DNA of 64,000 nt, taken from Perna viridis. Taxonomy: Eukaryota. Position 1 is the stretch's first letter. Each line of letters opens with the position of its first letter. The notes beneath the pieces were generated by a model. It was not told where the DNA came from. It did not search any database and saw only the letters and a list, made by a program, of their open reading frames with translations. The stretch is taken from the NCBI GenBank assembly GCA_037379345.1, contig CM074517.1, positions 14,880,001-14,944,000 on the forward strand. Direction: 5' to 3'. This document shows, piece by piece, positions 39,189-53,115 of the stretch. A program made the translations under genes and the position numbers.

Positions 39189-42100
39189 AAAAAACAAATT
39201 ATAGAAGACTGAAGTCCAGCACTGTGGAGGAAGCTGATTAATGTAAACATCTTTAGCTTCAATATACATTTGTATATTTTTTTAGTACAAATCCATAAAA
39301 AACTCAGATACTGTCAATTGTAGAATTGGTACTGAAGGAGCAGGAAAAAACCTGTCATCAAGCAATGATGGGTTTTTTTTTTGTCTTTACGCAGACCATA
39401 ATTTTACGTAACTATAGTGCTCTCGGTATACAGATTGAGTTTTGCTGCAAAGACCATACATCAACAACAACAAAAAATAACGATAACTCTTGCTTAGTGA
39501 CAAACTCGATATACAGTATATATATTTTTTTTCTCAAAAATGCAACAAACGATTGACAAATTAAGATTGGTTAAGTTGTCTGTAACTCTTTCTGTAATAG
39601 AATTTACACTCCTGTCTGATGTTTAATAAATACTTTGTAGAGTAACACGTGACGAAAATGAGATAATTAGCGAAAATTAGATATAGAATTTATGTTTAAC
39701 AAACTACAAAAAGTTAAAATGTGTATTGAACAATTTGAAAGAGCGTGTTTAATGCCTATCTTTTGTTAAAATGAGAACACAACCATTCGTTCACACAAAG
39801 GATGCATTACAAGTTTCGTGACAATTTGTAATTATTCAGCTCTGGTTGTGACCGCTTCACCTATCGATTGACATAGTCTTTTGTTTTGGGGTATGTTTAC
39901 ATTTTAAAGGGGCACCAAAGGGATGTTGCTTTGATCACAAATCCAATGACTTTATCTATTGAAAAATTCTGGCGATTAAAATTGCGCAACTGTTTATTTT
40001 TGAGAGAAATCTTACAAAAATAAATTTAAAAAGTAAGATTACCGCGCATACTTGCTACGCATTTTTGTTCCAACCTGATTAGAATTGATGGTACGGTGAA
40101 ACAATATATACACGGTTACAAAACAATATGTTTTCTACAAGAAATAAGAGCTAATTTAGAATATTAATTTCATTTGTATTGTTGTTCTGATGATTTTGAC
40201 TCTGATAAGTTACATGCATTGGCAAGCACCAACCGGAACGGGATCTGATACTGTTTGTACCTTGTTTTACTTTACTTAGATGTAAGTGAAGATTACTTCA
40301 AGGTACAGAAAGTGATATATTCCATACAATTTTCATTTTAAGAATTTTATTAAGAGAGCTTCCGATGTGCTTTTGGTAACACGATGTTGGTTAGTTCTTA
40401 CCATGTTTTTTGTTCTTGGAATGTGTCCTTTCGGCTGTATTTCATTTTTACGTCCCTTTTGCAGTGCCTCAGTCAACCACCGGAAACTATGTTAACAGAT
40501 TGTTAAAATATTTTGCTTATAGGACGAGGAATTTTGCTAATTACACTTCCGTTTACAGTAGATTGCAATTATTAACTAATACTTGGAAACCAAACCGTTC
40601 CGAAAGTACCAAACAATTTTAGCAACTTTGCTGCTTAAACCGGAAATGGGTACCTATCACAGGAGGTAAGAAATACATAAATGGAAAAGATATTAATCCT
40701 TTTAATTATTCGTTGTTAGAATATGTAATTAATATTCAGCATCTTATTGACCTCTACAAATCTGACCAATCAGTTAAATGTTACTTTTGTTCAAACTGCA
40801 GAATATTAGTACATACATATGATATGTTAGAGCTATCATTTAACAATATGTAATTTGAACACGTGGGTATCAACATGTGACAATGGTCTTCAGAAAATCA
40901 TCCTTTGGAGTTTTCATGTACCTGCACACCAAATTATCAATGCATTTTGGGTAAAAAAAAAAGTCATATAATTAGAGCATACTATGTACACTATCAAATT
41001 TTACTGATCAAATACAGCATACTATTGCTACTGTAGAAAACCATTTTCTATATAAGCAATCTGACATCAGCTAGACCAATTTGCCTAATGATTCACCAAT
41101 AGTCTACTTAACACTAAATACCGAATTGAGTAAATTATGGTCATAACACCTCTCCATTTTATAGTTAGCCCGTAGAGTTTAAAACAACAAATGACTTAAA
41201 GAGAAGCTATAGGTATGTATTAACACAATATAGACATTTTAGCATTGTTGTTAGATAATACAATCGCTCGTACCTTGTCCTAGGTATAGCCGAGCTTTGA
41301 CATGCCTAAACTGTACAAAGACAACAAGCTACTAGTATTGACTTCGCCTCGATCTTACAGGTCTAAAGGGGTAAGTCTTATGTCAAACACCTACATAACA
41401 TATAAACTAATCCATGGGCTATCCCTAATGCTCAAAAAGATCGATTGACACCATGAAAGAAAGAGTGGAATTCACCCGGGCACCCCCGGTCGGAATTTCT
41501 GGATCTGCCATTGCACACATTGGTCTGTCGTCCTGAACACCAGAGTATTCATGAATTCTTGTATTATACTGGATCTGCCTACAATTTGATAGTACCTGTA
41601 TTTGCAATGTGTGTTTTCCACCACCCTATCCCATGTAAAAGGATTGACACCTGAGTATTCATGAATATAATCTGAGACTTTGTCTGTCCTATGAAATTGA
41701 TATGATCTTTTTTCTTATGGGGATTTCATTACCTGTTTTGTACATTTTCTTGTCTCTTGTTGCATCTTGTATGACGACATTCTATGCTTGCTAAAAAATG
41801 CCCAATGAACAAAAAAAAAAACACTGACCAATGCAAGGTCAAACTATATCATAAGTGTAGTTAATCTATTTTTTTTCCAATGGTTTTGGTTTAACCAATT
41901 ATTTCCATCAGAAACGCCTGCACCAAGTCAGGACTATTGTAGTTGCTTGCAAATTTGCAGGATTAGCCTGTAAATTGACATTCTTTATATTGACTTTCCT
42001 TCTTTTAACTTTTTCTTTATGACTGTTGCCTGAAGTGTTTGCCTAATCAGTTCTGTAATTTTGTTACTTCAAGGGGTAGTGATATTGTTTCTACCCATCC

Positions 42101-44379
42101 TATACCTAAAGTTTCCAGACATTTCGGTCTATCGAACATCAGATTGATTGTTAAGTTACTAGGTCAATGTTATCGTTACTAAAAATATTGTTTGTTAAAG
42201 AAAAAGAAGATGGACTTTGAGTACGCCCTAGATTTTACTTTCCTGTCTTTGCCTTCATTTAACACCATTTTTGTAGCAGATGAGACGGTGTTTCTGTCTG
42301 TTTATTCTCTCATGAGCTGTAAATGATGTCTTTTCAATTTCTACATTTGTGACTTCGTGTGTCTTTTAGGCAGCTTTGATCCTTTAACAAAAAAATTCTG
42401 TATGAAGAAATGTTTAAATTGGCAATAAAGATTTCCTTCTGTTTCCTATGTTAACTAACTTTTTTTTCTACTCCACATTCGCCATATAACAGTATAGATA
42501 TATACACAACACTGTTATACTTTATCCAGTCCTATTTCAAACTTGCTAGCCCGTTCGTTGTTTTCATTCTATTCTCCAGTTTGAAATAAAGTGGTTTGCG
42601 GAATTATATCTGCAGTATATCCGAAGGATATGCCATATATTGAAACTGAAGTGTGTACATCAAATTTCTTACAACACATCTTCTGTTTTTTTTCTGTGCA
42701 AATCGAAGCTGACCTTATTCGATGCCCCTTCTCATTTATAGAGGCGACATCTGTAGAAACTGTAGGCCTCTGGGACAACTATAATCATTTCCCTAATAAC
42801 GTTTCTCTGTAACATTCAGTACTGCTGTCCTTTTGAAGATTAGATATGTCAGGTTTACAATAATTACTACGTAATGCGATGAACCATCTTCTAAAGAAAG
42901 CATGGCTACAAGACACACGTCCTATAGTCTGCTGTATTGTTGTTGATAATGCGGCCTGCTTACATATTCACTGCCTTCTCTTGTGTTTGAATGTGACCAG
43001 TACAACTTCATACCTAAGAATATTAGTAGTAGGTCAAACTGTTAGCAAATGGTGTGATATCAGAAACATCAGTATGATGAAGGAAAGCTTTTCGTTGGTC
43101 TCGTAAGAGTTGATTATAAGTCAAGTGTGTATACTGATCGGTTGTTCTGTTATATTGTACGTCTCTAATAGCATAACTACTTCTTTGAAAAAGTGTAATA
43201 TTTTGTCGTTAGCCACCACTGCTTCCTATGTGTTAAATTCGAGGCTTATAGTAGTGAAGGGAAAGTAAATTTATGGCAGAAACACTATGTCCGTTTAAAT
43301 CATTTCCACGGACTTGTTTAGTCCTACTTTTAGCAGCTTGGTAAAAAACAGTAGTGTGTAATATATACCTGATACTAAAGTAAACCATAATATGATACCA
43401 AGTTACTCCATACTGGCAAAGCATACGAAAAGGTTTATCATGCATTTTTCTATGGACTGTTTTCAGGTGTACGTATAGTCGGCTTGTTCCCCAAATATTG
43501 ACATCATACCTATAGGATTCTGATCACAGACAGTATCGTTATTCCTGTAATGGCATGGTTATCCAAGGTCACCTTTCTGGTACAGCCAAACAGTTTTCGT
43601 TCATAGGTAAACCATAATGAAATATATTTTAGGTAGATTTCCTTTTGTAGTTGGTCGTATTGGACTTGTGGGTTTTGCTATGTGGAACATTTACTGTTTT
43701 ACTACGAACTATTTGTTTTGTTAAGGTCTTGTTCTTATAATATAACGTTAATGTTAGTTATAATGGACACAGTTGTAAACAATGTCACTGTTAATGGTGA
43801 TTTTTACAGGTATGCCAATAGTCTGGTCCTTAGAGACCAAGTTAACCTTGTTGGAGGTTCCAATTTTGGAACGCTTTGACTATGAAGACTTCATATAAAT
43901 ATGATAATAAATATTATAGTGTTTATGATATGACATCAGCTTTGTTTCCGCAGTCTATTCCAACCAATGCAGCTCAACTAATAATGAAATCTGCTGTGGC
44001 TGAATACAATACGGTTAGCAAGACATGGGACTATTACTTTTGCTTTACTTTTTGATGTGTTGTTTGGAGTTTGTTGCCTAATTGACTTTTTTTTTTTATA
44101 AAACTTGAGCTTCACTTGTACATCGCTACTAATTAAGATTCTATACACTACATATGAATGCCAATTCTATTTCAGTTTTACACTTCTTGGTTGGATGCTT
44201 ATTGATTTTAGCCTTCTCTTATTTTGAGTGGTTTTGATTTTTTTATATATGTTAAGGGTATTTGGTGAGCCGGTACATTGGTCGTTTCAAGAGGCCAGAC
44301 CAAGGCAGGCTACAGGGTTTGGAAAGTTATCATCGTTCATTTAAGGCCCATAGATATTCATCGGCCGTCATCTTGTGGT

Positions 44380-44812
44380 ATGATGCTGTCGTCGTCGGCG
44401 TTGTCTGTAGACATTCGGTATCCAAACAATCTTCATGAAATTGTGCCAAAAGGTACCATTCCATTAATGAAATGATATTTTCATGATGACCGGACAATTT
44501 ATATACTATAACTGAATGGATCTCTTTAAAAATGTATTACAAAGTGTTTTGCCAAAAAAGGAACGCTGGGATGAATTTGGTGGTTGTGACCAGAACCGAG
44601 TATGAATGAGAGGTCAGAATGGGATCAGAACTAGATATTATCCAAATGTCCGAATAATATGTCGAGTTAAAATGAATATAGACCCTTTTGAAATTGTACC
44701 ACAAGTGTCATACCCCAAAAGAAAGACTTGGATTGATTTCGTGGGTTATGACTGGGACCATTCAGGAATTAGGGACACAAAGGGATCACCTCGATTATGG
44801 TCAAATATTTAA
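44380..44812 (+). mobile_element. Partial HINE-like element related to 3690-4428
   Basis: GTCGTCGTCGGCG start, TTTGAAATTGTAC(C)ACAAG, AGGAATTAGGGA and TCGATTATGGTCAAAT are shared with the first copy. Confidence 0.5.
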
Positions 44813-47800
44813 TCACAATCAAAAATTAATTGAAGTTCATTGTTTGAGTTTTTCAACCTTTTTTTCTCTTTGATCAATTTCCAGTTTTCGCTTACTATAG
44901 TAATACAATCGTGGTCAAGCCATTTGTTTTGATCTCACTAAGTGGTCAAACTATTTTGATACAGTTATTGTTACTCGTTTTACAATCTGATATGTTTTAG
45001 CTTTATTTATTCATTCTCATTATTTCGTTTTAATTTTCGTTTTTGGTTATATATTTGTTTTTACCAAACCAGTAGGGTGTCTTATCAAAATTATGGAATC
45101 CACTTCATGGTATTGTTTTAAAAGGAAACATTCATACATGTTTTATAAAACATACATGTAATTTTCTTTTTGACTTTGATTAGTTTGTTTGTCTGTTGTT
45201 GTTAGCATTTTTGTGCTTGTTTTGTTCCGTTTTGTTTTTGTCTTGTCTTTTCTTGTGCAGATTATTTTTCCTAAATACATTTTCAACGTAACTGGCCACT
45301 ACAATTTTCTCGTAAATTTGATCAAATTAATGGCTTAAGTATTGTTGCATATATTTGAATTTATATCTACAAAACGCATTAAGTGTCAGTCTCTGTAAGA
45401 GTCCGGCAGTGGGTGAAACATGTTATGAAAAAAAACATCATTTTGATAGCGTGATTTTATTATTTGTACCATCAGAATAAAGGAAAAAGGACAATATTTT
45501 CCATATAATGTTAGTGCATTGAATTATGATTTCATTAAAATACACTGAAAATGAACATTTCAAGGGCAGACAACTCGGTCAAAAACCTCATTTTCTAATG
45601 TTCTATTGAAAAATTTGTGAGCAAAGCCAGTATTGCAGAGTTTAAATAATGGTATTTTCAAATACAGAAAGCATCCTTAAGTGATATTACATTGTCAGAT
45701 CGATGGGGTTTTAACATGCATGTTTCTGATTTTTTCCATTTTGCCAGATTCTTACAAACACTTACACTTAAGATGTGTGCATAAAGGGAGGTAATCAAAT
45801 AATTACTTTGGTATACATGTAGTAGTTCATAAATTATTTTCCGTACATCGAAATTATGAAAGGTATGGGTTTTGTTCAACCAATCAGAAGAGAGTTTTCG
45901 TGACGTTAATGGCGGTTGTAGCTAAGGGGAGGACAATGTGGTCGACGCTGTCAAATTTGTTCGATATCCCATCCATCACCTCAAGTCTTGTCGTGTCTTT
46001 GGTGTCCCAGTTCCATTTTAATCTATCAAAGAATGAACCGCTATTATCTAATTCGTAATTGAGGCAACAATGAAAAAACCAAAATATATCTGTGTGCCTT
46101 TGAGTTGTCTAAGTTTGCTCTTTGAGCGAGTTATGCTAGCATTTTTAAACATTTTTGTATTTTTTATGCTGACAGTTGGTTAGTTGAACAAATGTTTTCA
46201 ATGGTTTCTTTTGGCATTATCAAAATCAAAGCGAGCATGTATATCAACGTAAAGAAGCCATGTATTATTTATACTGTACAATTTACCCCCAATGAAGGAG
46301 AAAAAAGAATAGATTTAGGGTGTTCTTAAGGATGTAAAGATATCCACTCTCTCCATCGTTGTAAATATTACGTTAGAATATATTTAACCACCCAAGATCA
46401 TGAGGGAAAACATGTCCTCCAAAATATTAGAATCTGATTGCATTTTATATGTATTCGCATTTTCGGAATGACACCAAATTGTATCAATAAAAAGAAAAGA
46501 AAAGTCAAGAAAGAAAATTTAGAGCTTTAGCAAAATTTTACTTTTGTATTTTTAGCCATGTTCTCTTAATTTATTGTAATATGACCATACGGCAACAGTG
46601 TTGTTTTCCTATAAATTTTCTATAGAAATGGCACAATTATCTTTAAAAATTGGCACTTCATCGGTACAAGCTTTACAGATTGCTTTAGCTAAGCGTTGTC
46701 CACTTTGTTTTGTAGGTGATGTGACAGATAGCGTGAGGAAAACAGAAATTAAACTCGTGTCTAGTGCAAATTTATGTGGTTAAAGGGTCAGTCCGTTCGA
46801 ATTTGAGTGGTCATTTTAATGGTCAATTAGAACATAAAGATGGCCGGTGTTTGACACCTTGAATGTGTAGTTTATCTACTTTATCTATTGGTTAATTGAG
46901 TTGTAAAGTACAAATAATATTTGTATATTTGACATCAAAGAAATTCTCTTTTGCCGTCGGAATATAAGTCCTATATTTGGCCTTGTCAGTTCCTCGTATT
47001 TTGTAATAAGAACGAACGAACTGCGAATAACATAAATATCAAGATGATTTTCGACCATGTTGTGATTTTTTGATGCAGATTCGGGAGGGTCTTTTTATTT
47101 ATCTAATTTATGTTTGGAAAATTTGTTATAAAATTTTTCATGTTACTTGCAATTTTATATTTGTTCGTTTTTTTTTTTGGTTGTTGTTTTGTTTGTTTGT
47201 TTGTTTTTTCATATAATTCTATAAAATATCATAAATTAATTGAAGTATAATATATGCCCCTGTTTAGCAATGTGCACTAAAACTAGAAGAATTATAAATT
47301 ATTTGTAAAATAATATTATAATTTTGGTGTATGTTTAGACTGCCCGCTTGAAAATCTTTATAATTGAATAAAAAAAATGCTTTTACCACACAAGTTGAAG
47401 ACAAACCGGGGATGTAACCCTTCTTTCAACTTGTTAGCAAGACTATAGTTACAATAGCAAATTTATACGACTTCAAATAAATTTAAATAATCTAAAACGC
47501 GAGGATTTGGGCTTAGATTATTGAATTGGAAAGATTAGCTTTTGATAATTCTTTGTGTTTTTGTGGTAGACTGCATCTGTGTATACTTCATATGTTTAGT
47601 ATGTACTTTGATTATTAAAATTAATATGTAAACAACTTGAAAAAAATCTACATTTATCTGCTGATATTTTGTGATATTTGATTAAATCATAGATTGTCTT
47701 CAATGATATTCAAACTTGTCAAACAATACGTGATTTTCTAGGTGTGAGAATTGTCCGAAAATAAGATAGATGTTGCTTTTTTTATTTAGATAAAAAAATC

Positions 47801-50800
47801 TTTATTTTCTTGGTAAAAATAATTAAATTTGAATTAGAAAGCCAAGTTCTTAATCATTACATTTATTTGAATAGATAATGAAATATTTGTAAGAAATATA
47901 ATTTTCACCCACTTTTTCTTCATTGAAAATGATAAATAATAACTTATCGAAAAATACTTATTATGTTTAAGGGGAATGTGTTTTTAAAAATATTTATCTT
48001 CTTGAGACTGAATAAAAATAATGAGAAGATGAAAATATATTAATTAAAAGAACTTACAGAAATTTTCACTTTTTAAGTCCAAATTATTTTTATCTTAACC
48101 GAAGAAACACAGTTAAGCAAATCTAAAATTGATCTTTTTCTCCATTTATTTTGAATTTGTAAGCGATACTGGCATTTATATCCGTTAATTTTTATTTTTA
48201 TGTTATTTTTATTTTGGAAAATCAACTGCAAACATTTGCACTGGTTCTTTCTTCTAGTTGATTGTTGTCATTTGTGTCGAGTCTTTTCATTGGTTAATCG
48301 ATAAGCTTTGTATATTCATCCGCACAACTGAAAGTAGTGCCGAAAGCTATTTATTATATGTCGTGTCTTCACGCCGTAAATCTATCCATATCTAAAATGA
48401 TGTGTACGTCGGAATAACACCTGTATTAACTCCTTATTTTGTAATAAAAGAAAATTATGGGAAATTTCGTTACTCGATACTGATCTGAGTTATGATATCA
48501 TTAAACTGGAGTTTCCCGGAAGATAGTAGTATTACATTTACAATAGAAATGTGTTAAGTAGTAATTGATAAAAAAATTATATATTCTTTAGATTTTCGTT
48601 TAATAATACATGTAAATTAACCGTATACTCGTGCATAATTTTAATTTTTCGTCAATCTTAAATTCTGGTTCACTTTTTTTCTAATGTAAACAAGCGTTGT
48701 AGAGACAGTAATAAAATTGTCATGAAAATGCTAGAAATTTGTTAAGCCAAGACAGAAACCTTTAGCTCTCCATAAATAACAAACTTCACATCAAAATGCC
48801 AAGAGAGAATTGTCAGCATCGGGAGTTGAGATATGTTAAGATCGCTAATGTCATGAGAAACATAAAAGTCAAATATGACTGCCCTATCTTTTTAAATCAA
48901 GTTGGTTGGAATTCGGATTTTTTTGTATGCAATTGATAACAAGGTTTTGAAAACAAATCTATAAAAAACTTGTTAAAAAATATAATGTAAATTTATTTCA
49001 TATACTAGGAGCAAGCATAAAATATCTTATGCTAATTTGTTTGAGAAATATTTATTTTAACAAAACCATGTTGCTCGTGTCGCATGGTTTAAAAACACAG
49101 CTGACATTCAAATAAGCAAACCAAACTTGTAGTATTTTTATTTCTCGCCAATCATCTGTGTTATAAAAGATCAAACGAAAGCGGAAAATATTACTTAAGT
49201 TGTGAACAGATGCGTCTAAACACAGAAAGCATTAATAATTCTAAACTGTTAAGAAAGACATACTATTTATTTTGCAGTTAAATCTGGCCCGCATTTGATA
49301 CCTTTGTGCATACGAAAAACGTAAAATAAATGGATTTTCGAGGTATTTTTTGTGCCGGAACCTCACACCTTAGATAAACACAACAATTTATCTTTTCTCT
49401 CAGTAAATCTGGCTACTGCCACTCATGCTTTTGTTCTTCGTAATTGATTAAAGTTGAAAAGGGACATAATTCACACTCAAGTAAGATTTGTCATATTCCC
49501 GCCATATTGTCTGATTCTAGGGAAAAAATAAATGATCTCTCACCCAGTCCTCCCAGAAAGGAGGATGAGGGAAAAAGGTAGTGTCTTCAGTTATGTGGCG
49601 TGGTAGTATTTTCTGAATAAAATAATTGAAAAGGCATCTCTCATATTTCTTCACTCTCAATAAAATGTTAATTAATATTCATATCTGTATCAGTGCATGA
49701 AGTTCGTTTTAAATTAAGAACAAATGTACGGCTAACCCAGTTTTCTTTACAAACTGACGGGAGCAGTGAATTAACTGAGAACATATTTTTTCTTCTGATT
49801 TAGCGCACTCGTTCACCGCATTATAATTGCATCCATAAAAATAACACTTCGTTCAATAAAATTCCCATCACCGTTAGTGAGATCAAAGAACACAACTTCT
49901 ATCTCTTCATCTCAATTTACTGAAAATATATTCCTTAAATAATATTAAACTCTGTGGTTCAATGGGGTGTCGTTATAACGAAAGATGATTCTAATTTTAT
50001 AATTTATGGAGAAATATTACATATTTTACAATGAATTTCATATCTATATAATCTATAGTGTTATGTTGACAGTAGAATAATAACACTGAAATTTAACCAA
50101 AATTGTTGTATAGAATTGTTGACTTTGTGCATTATTGTGCCTTGATAGGAATGAAATATTGATATACTATATTATACAAATATAATAACAATGAATATTT
50201 ATTTAAAACTTAGTAATTTTTTAAGTATTCTAAACTTAATTCTGTTGTAATTTTTATAATTTTGTTATATATATTTTTTTGTTTATCTTTTTATATTTAT
50301 TTTAAACGTGAGTTAAACTCTTCTTTTCCGACATTTAGTGTATATATAGAATATGAATTAACAACTTACAAACCAGTGTTAAAATTTAATGTGTATGGGA
50401 CACGAAAATATACATTTTGTACATAATCTGACATGGAAAAATTAAATAAATCTGCAATTTTACATATAATAAATCAATGGAATGTTCGTTTTCCATCTCC
50501 CCACAAGGTGAAACAAATCTTTCAAATGGACAAGTTAATAAAATTGATTTTGAACTTTTTGACGTCTAAACAATGTCCTAAAGCGAAACTCACTAGTTTT
50601 TGAACGATTTACAACCGTAATTTGATGAAATTTACAAGCATTAGCAAAACATTTATTATTTGTAAAATCGGAAAACTATAATCGAATAGGAATCAGTTCA
50701 GTCATTTGTGTTTGGATGCCTAGCAAATGCCGAAAGGTTCCGAGTGAAACATGGCCGCCAATAGAGCAAATTATTGTATACCTACGCCCTAGAATGTACC

Positions 50801-51384
50801 TAGATAAAAAGGTCAAGCTTTTAAACAGCAGGGTTCAACTTAAAGATCAGTCAAACAGCTTTTAATAAACGACCATCTTTTGCCTAATAGATTAAGTTAT
50901 TTTTTCTGTCAAAATTAAACTGCGAAGTAATCTTTAATATTGCCGCGTACGTCGACTAACAACACATTTGCAGATTAATATAAATTATTAACTAACGTAA
51001 AAATCCCATTGGCCACCCCAGAACGTAAAAAAGCCTCACATTATGATCAAATAAACTACATTGTGACGAATAAGTTATACTTCAGTTGATTTGTCATTTT
51101 CTATCTTATGGCAGTTTGCAAGACTAATGTGGCCTAGATTCTCATTAATTTATCCACTTGAACATGCAGAAATATTTGCATATTGTTTTTTCTTCTTCTT
51201 TTTAACTGCATATATTTTAAAGTAGTATCATAAAGCAGCCCCATTAGCACTTCTTAGACAATAACTTTTCTTTTTAGCGCTTTCTTGTATTTCAATATGT
51301 AAGCATAGAACTAATATATTTCCTTGTGTCGTTCTGTTATATTTCTCTATTTCTGAATGAGAGGGAGAGAGTATCTATCTCTGA

Positions 51385-51454
51385 CGTCTTTACCCTGTAG
51401 AACCGAGCGAGTGATTGCATAGGACACTGTTCGATTCTAAGGGTCAACACGACG
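51385..51454 (+). ncRNA. mir-10: miR-10-family microRNA precursor (divergent paralogue)
   Basis: The 5p arm TTACCCTGTAGAACCGAGCGAGTG (51390-51413) carries the miR-10 signature TACCCTGTAGA. It pairs with the 3p arm CACTGTTCGATTCTAAGGGTCAA (51425-51447) around an 11-nt loop. There is a basal stem CGTC/GACG and a CNNC motif (CAAC) at 51466-51469. It is on the same strand as, and next to, a Hox gene. Confidence 0.9.
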
Positions 51455-52122
51455 GGGTAAAAGTTCAACTTTTATTCAATTTTTTTCCCTTTTTCTGAGC
51501 TTTCAATTCTTTGCTTCTAATGCTTTCTACAGATTTGCGTACTTCATGTATTAACTTTTTATTTTTTATTCTATAATTAATTTATTTATTTTTCTTCTTT
51601 ATGTACTTTTTTAAAATTTTATTTTTGACATATTTCATTATCATTAATTTTATTTTTTATGTAGGTTGTCCATAGTTTACATTATCCATATTTATCATTT
51701 GTTAATTAAAAAGGCTTTTCAAAATTTGTTTTCTTCTATTATGGTAGACATTAAAATTGAAACAATAACAATCAGGTTTTGTATTGTTTCAGTCACCTTT
51801 GACTCATGATGGTATGTAAATACCACTGATAATCTCGCTTTCAGCATCAAATTTCATAACAATGGCAAGCATACTCTTTGAACTTGAAGGCTAATGCTTT
51901 TCCGTGAATATCCATGGAAACGAACCTAACTCAAGCAATTATTTGAATTACTCATTAACAATGATATTCTGTATCAAAGTATAGTTTATTGGAGCAGGAA
52001 ACAATTCAACTGAGTATTATTTATTTATATATATATTTTTTAAATTCAAACTAATTTCGATCTCTCTTAAAATCGATATGCAATCAGTGAAGTTACATAT
52101 AAGTAATAAATATATATTAATA

Positions 52123-52128
52123 ATTATA

Positions 52129-52169
<41 letters not shown>
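52123..52169. repeat. (AAT)n microsatellite
   Basis: Run of AATAATAAT units with imperfect copies at the 5' side. Confidence 0.9.
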
Positions 52170-52170
<1 letters not shown>

Positions 52171-53105
52171 CTGTAAAAATTGATATTATATGCTTGAAAA
52201 GTGTTACAATAATCTAATGATTAAGTCAAAATCTATTTAGCAACTTGGCGCTATGCACCCGCAGAGATGTACAAAAGGTTGCGGCAAGCTGGCGTTGTAA
52301 GTATAACCGTGTTGACAGTTTCAGTCGAAGGCTATCGCGGTATGGGTTTGTATTTTGAATACTTAAAGAAGAAAAAATGAAATGATCTTTCAACAAGTGT
52401 TGGTCCATATAATCGTATGATAAATGAATTCTATAGGATTACAGTATTCGCTACCATATGTTGAAAGTCTTTAAATTTCTATAAATTTTACTTCTTGTCC
52501 TTTATAATTAATGGTATTTTCCGAACCACAAGGATCTACTGAAAATTGATACAGTACTGTGTAGAATAATGCATTTGTGTTTTTGGTTTCTGTATTAAGT
52601 GTGCAAAAAGGAAATAAGTCATTGAAATTTATCCTTTTCAGAAAATGCATGTGGTGGAGTGAAATGAAATTGAAAAAAAGAGATCATTAACATGTACATG
52701 TATGAACATGCACTAACTCTAGAATGTATATTTGTATACAGGGTTTATGGGAAGAAAACGCCCTTAGTAAATTTAGTAAGAAAACTCCAGTTTCCCATAT
52801 AAAACAATTGGTCCGACAGTTTGTTCTTGTTGTTTTTGGACCTAATTAATCAGCAAGGACAACAACTCTTAAATCTTTCACCTTGCTATCTTAAATAATA
52901 AAATCCGGACAAGCACCGGTCAGACGCATTAATTCCTTTACTGGACTCTGATCTGGGGCGAATGCAATATATGATCGGGGTCAAACGGAATGGCATATCT
53001 GGTAAGATATTAAATTGGATACCCAAATCGTGTAGGCTAGAATTCACCAGGGATGAAACTGTTCGACGGAATTGCATTAGTGTTCGTAGTGGAATTCAAA
53101 CTGGC

Positions 53106-53115
53106 TGATTTATGG
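53106..53115 (+). promoter_or_regulatory. Consensus Pbx/Exd-Hox site TGATTTATGG
   Basis: Exact TGATNNATGG-class composite site in a locally GC-richer patch 1.8 kb upstream of the Hox ATG. Function is untested. Confidence 0.4.

Noticed and set aside
42480-43900. Possible decayed coding or transposon sequence
   Set aside because: Slightly higher complexity, but no recognisable domain motifs in the frames I translated.
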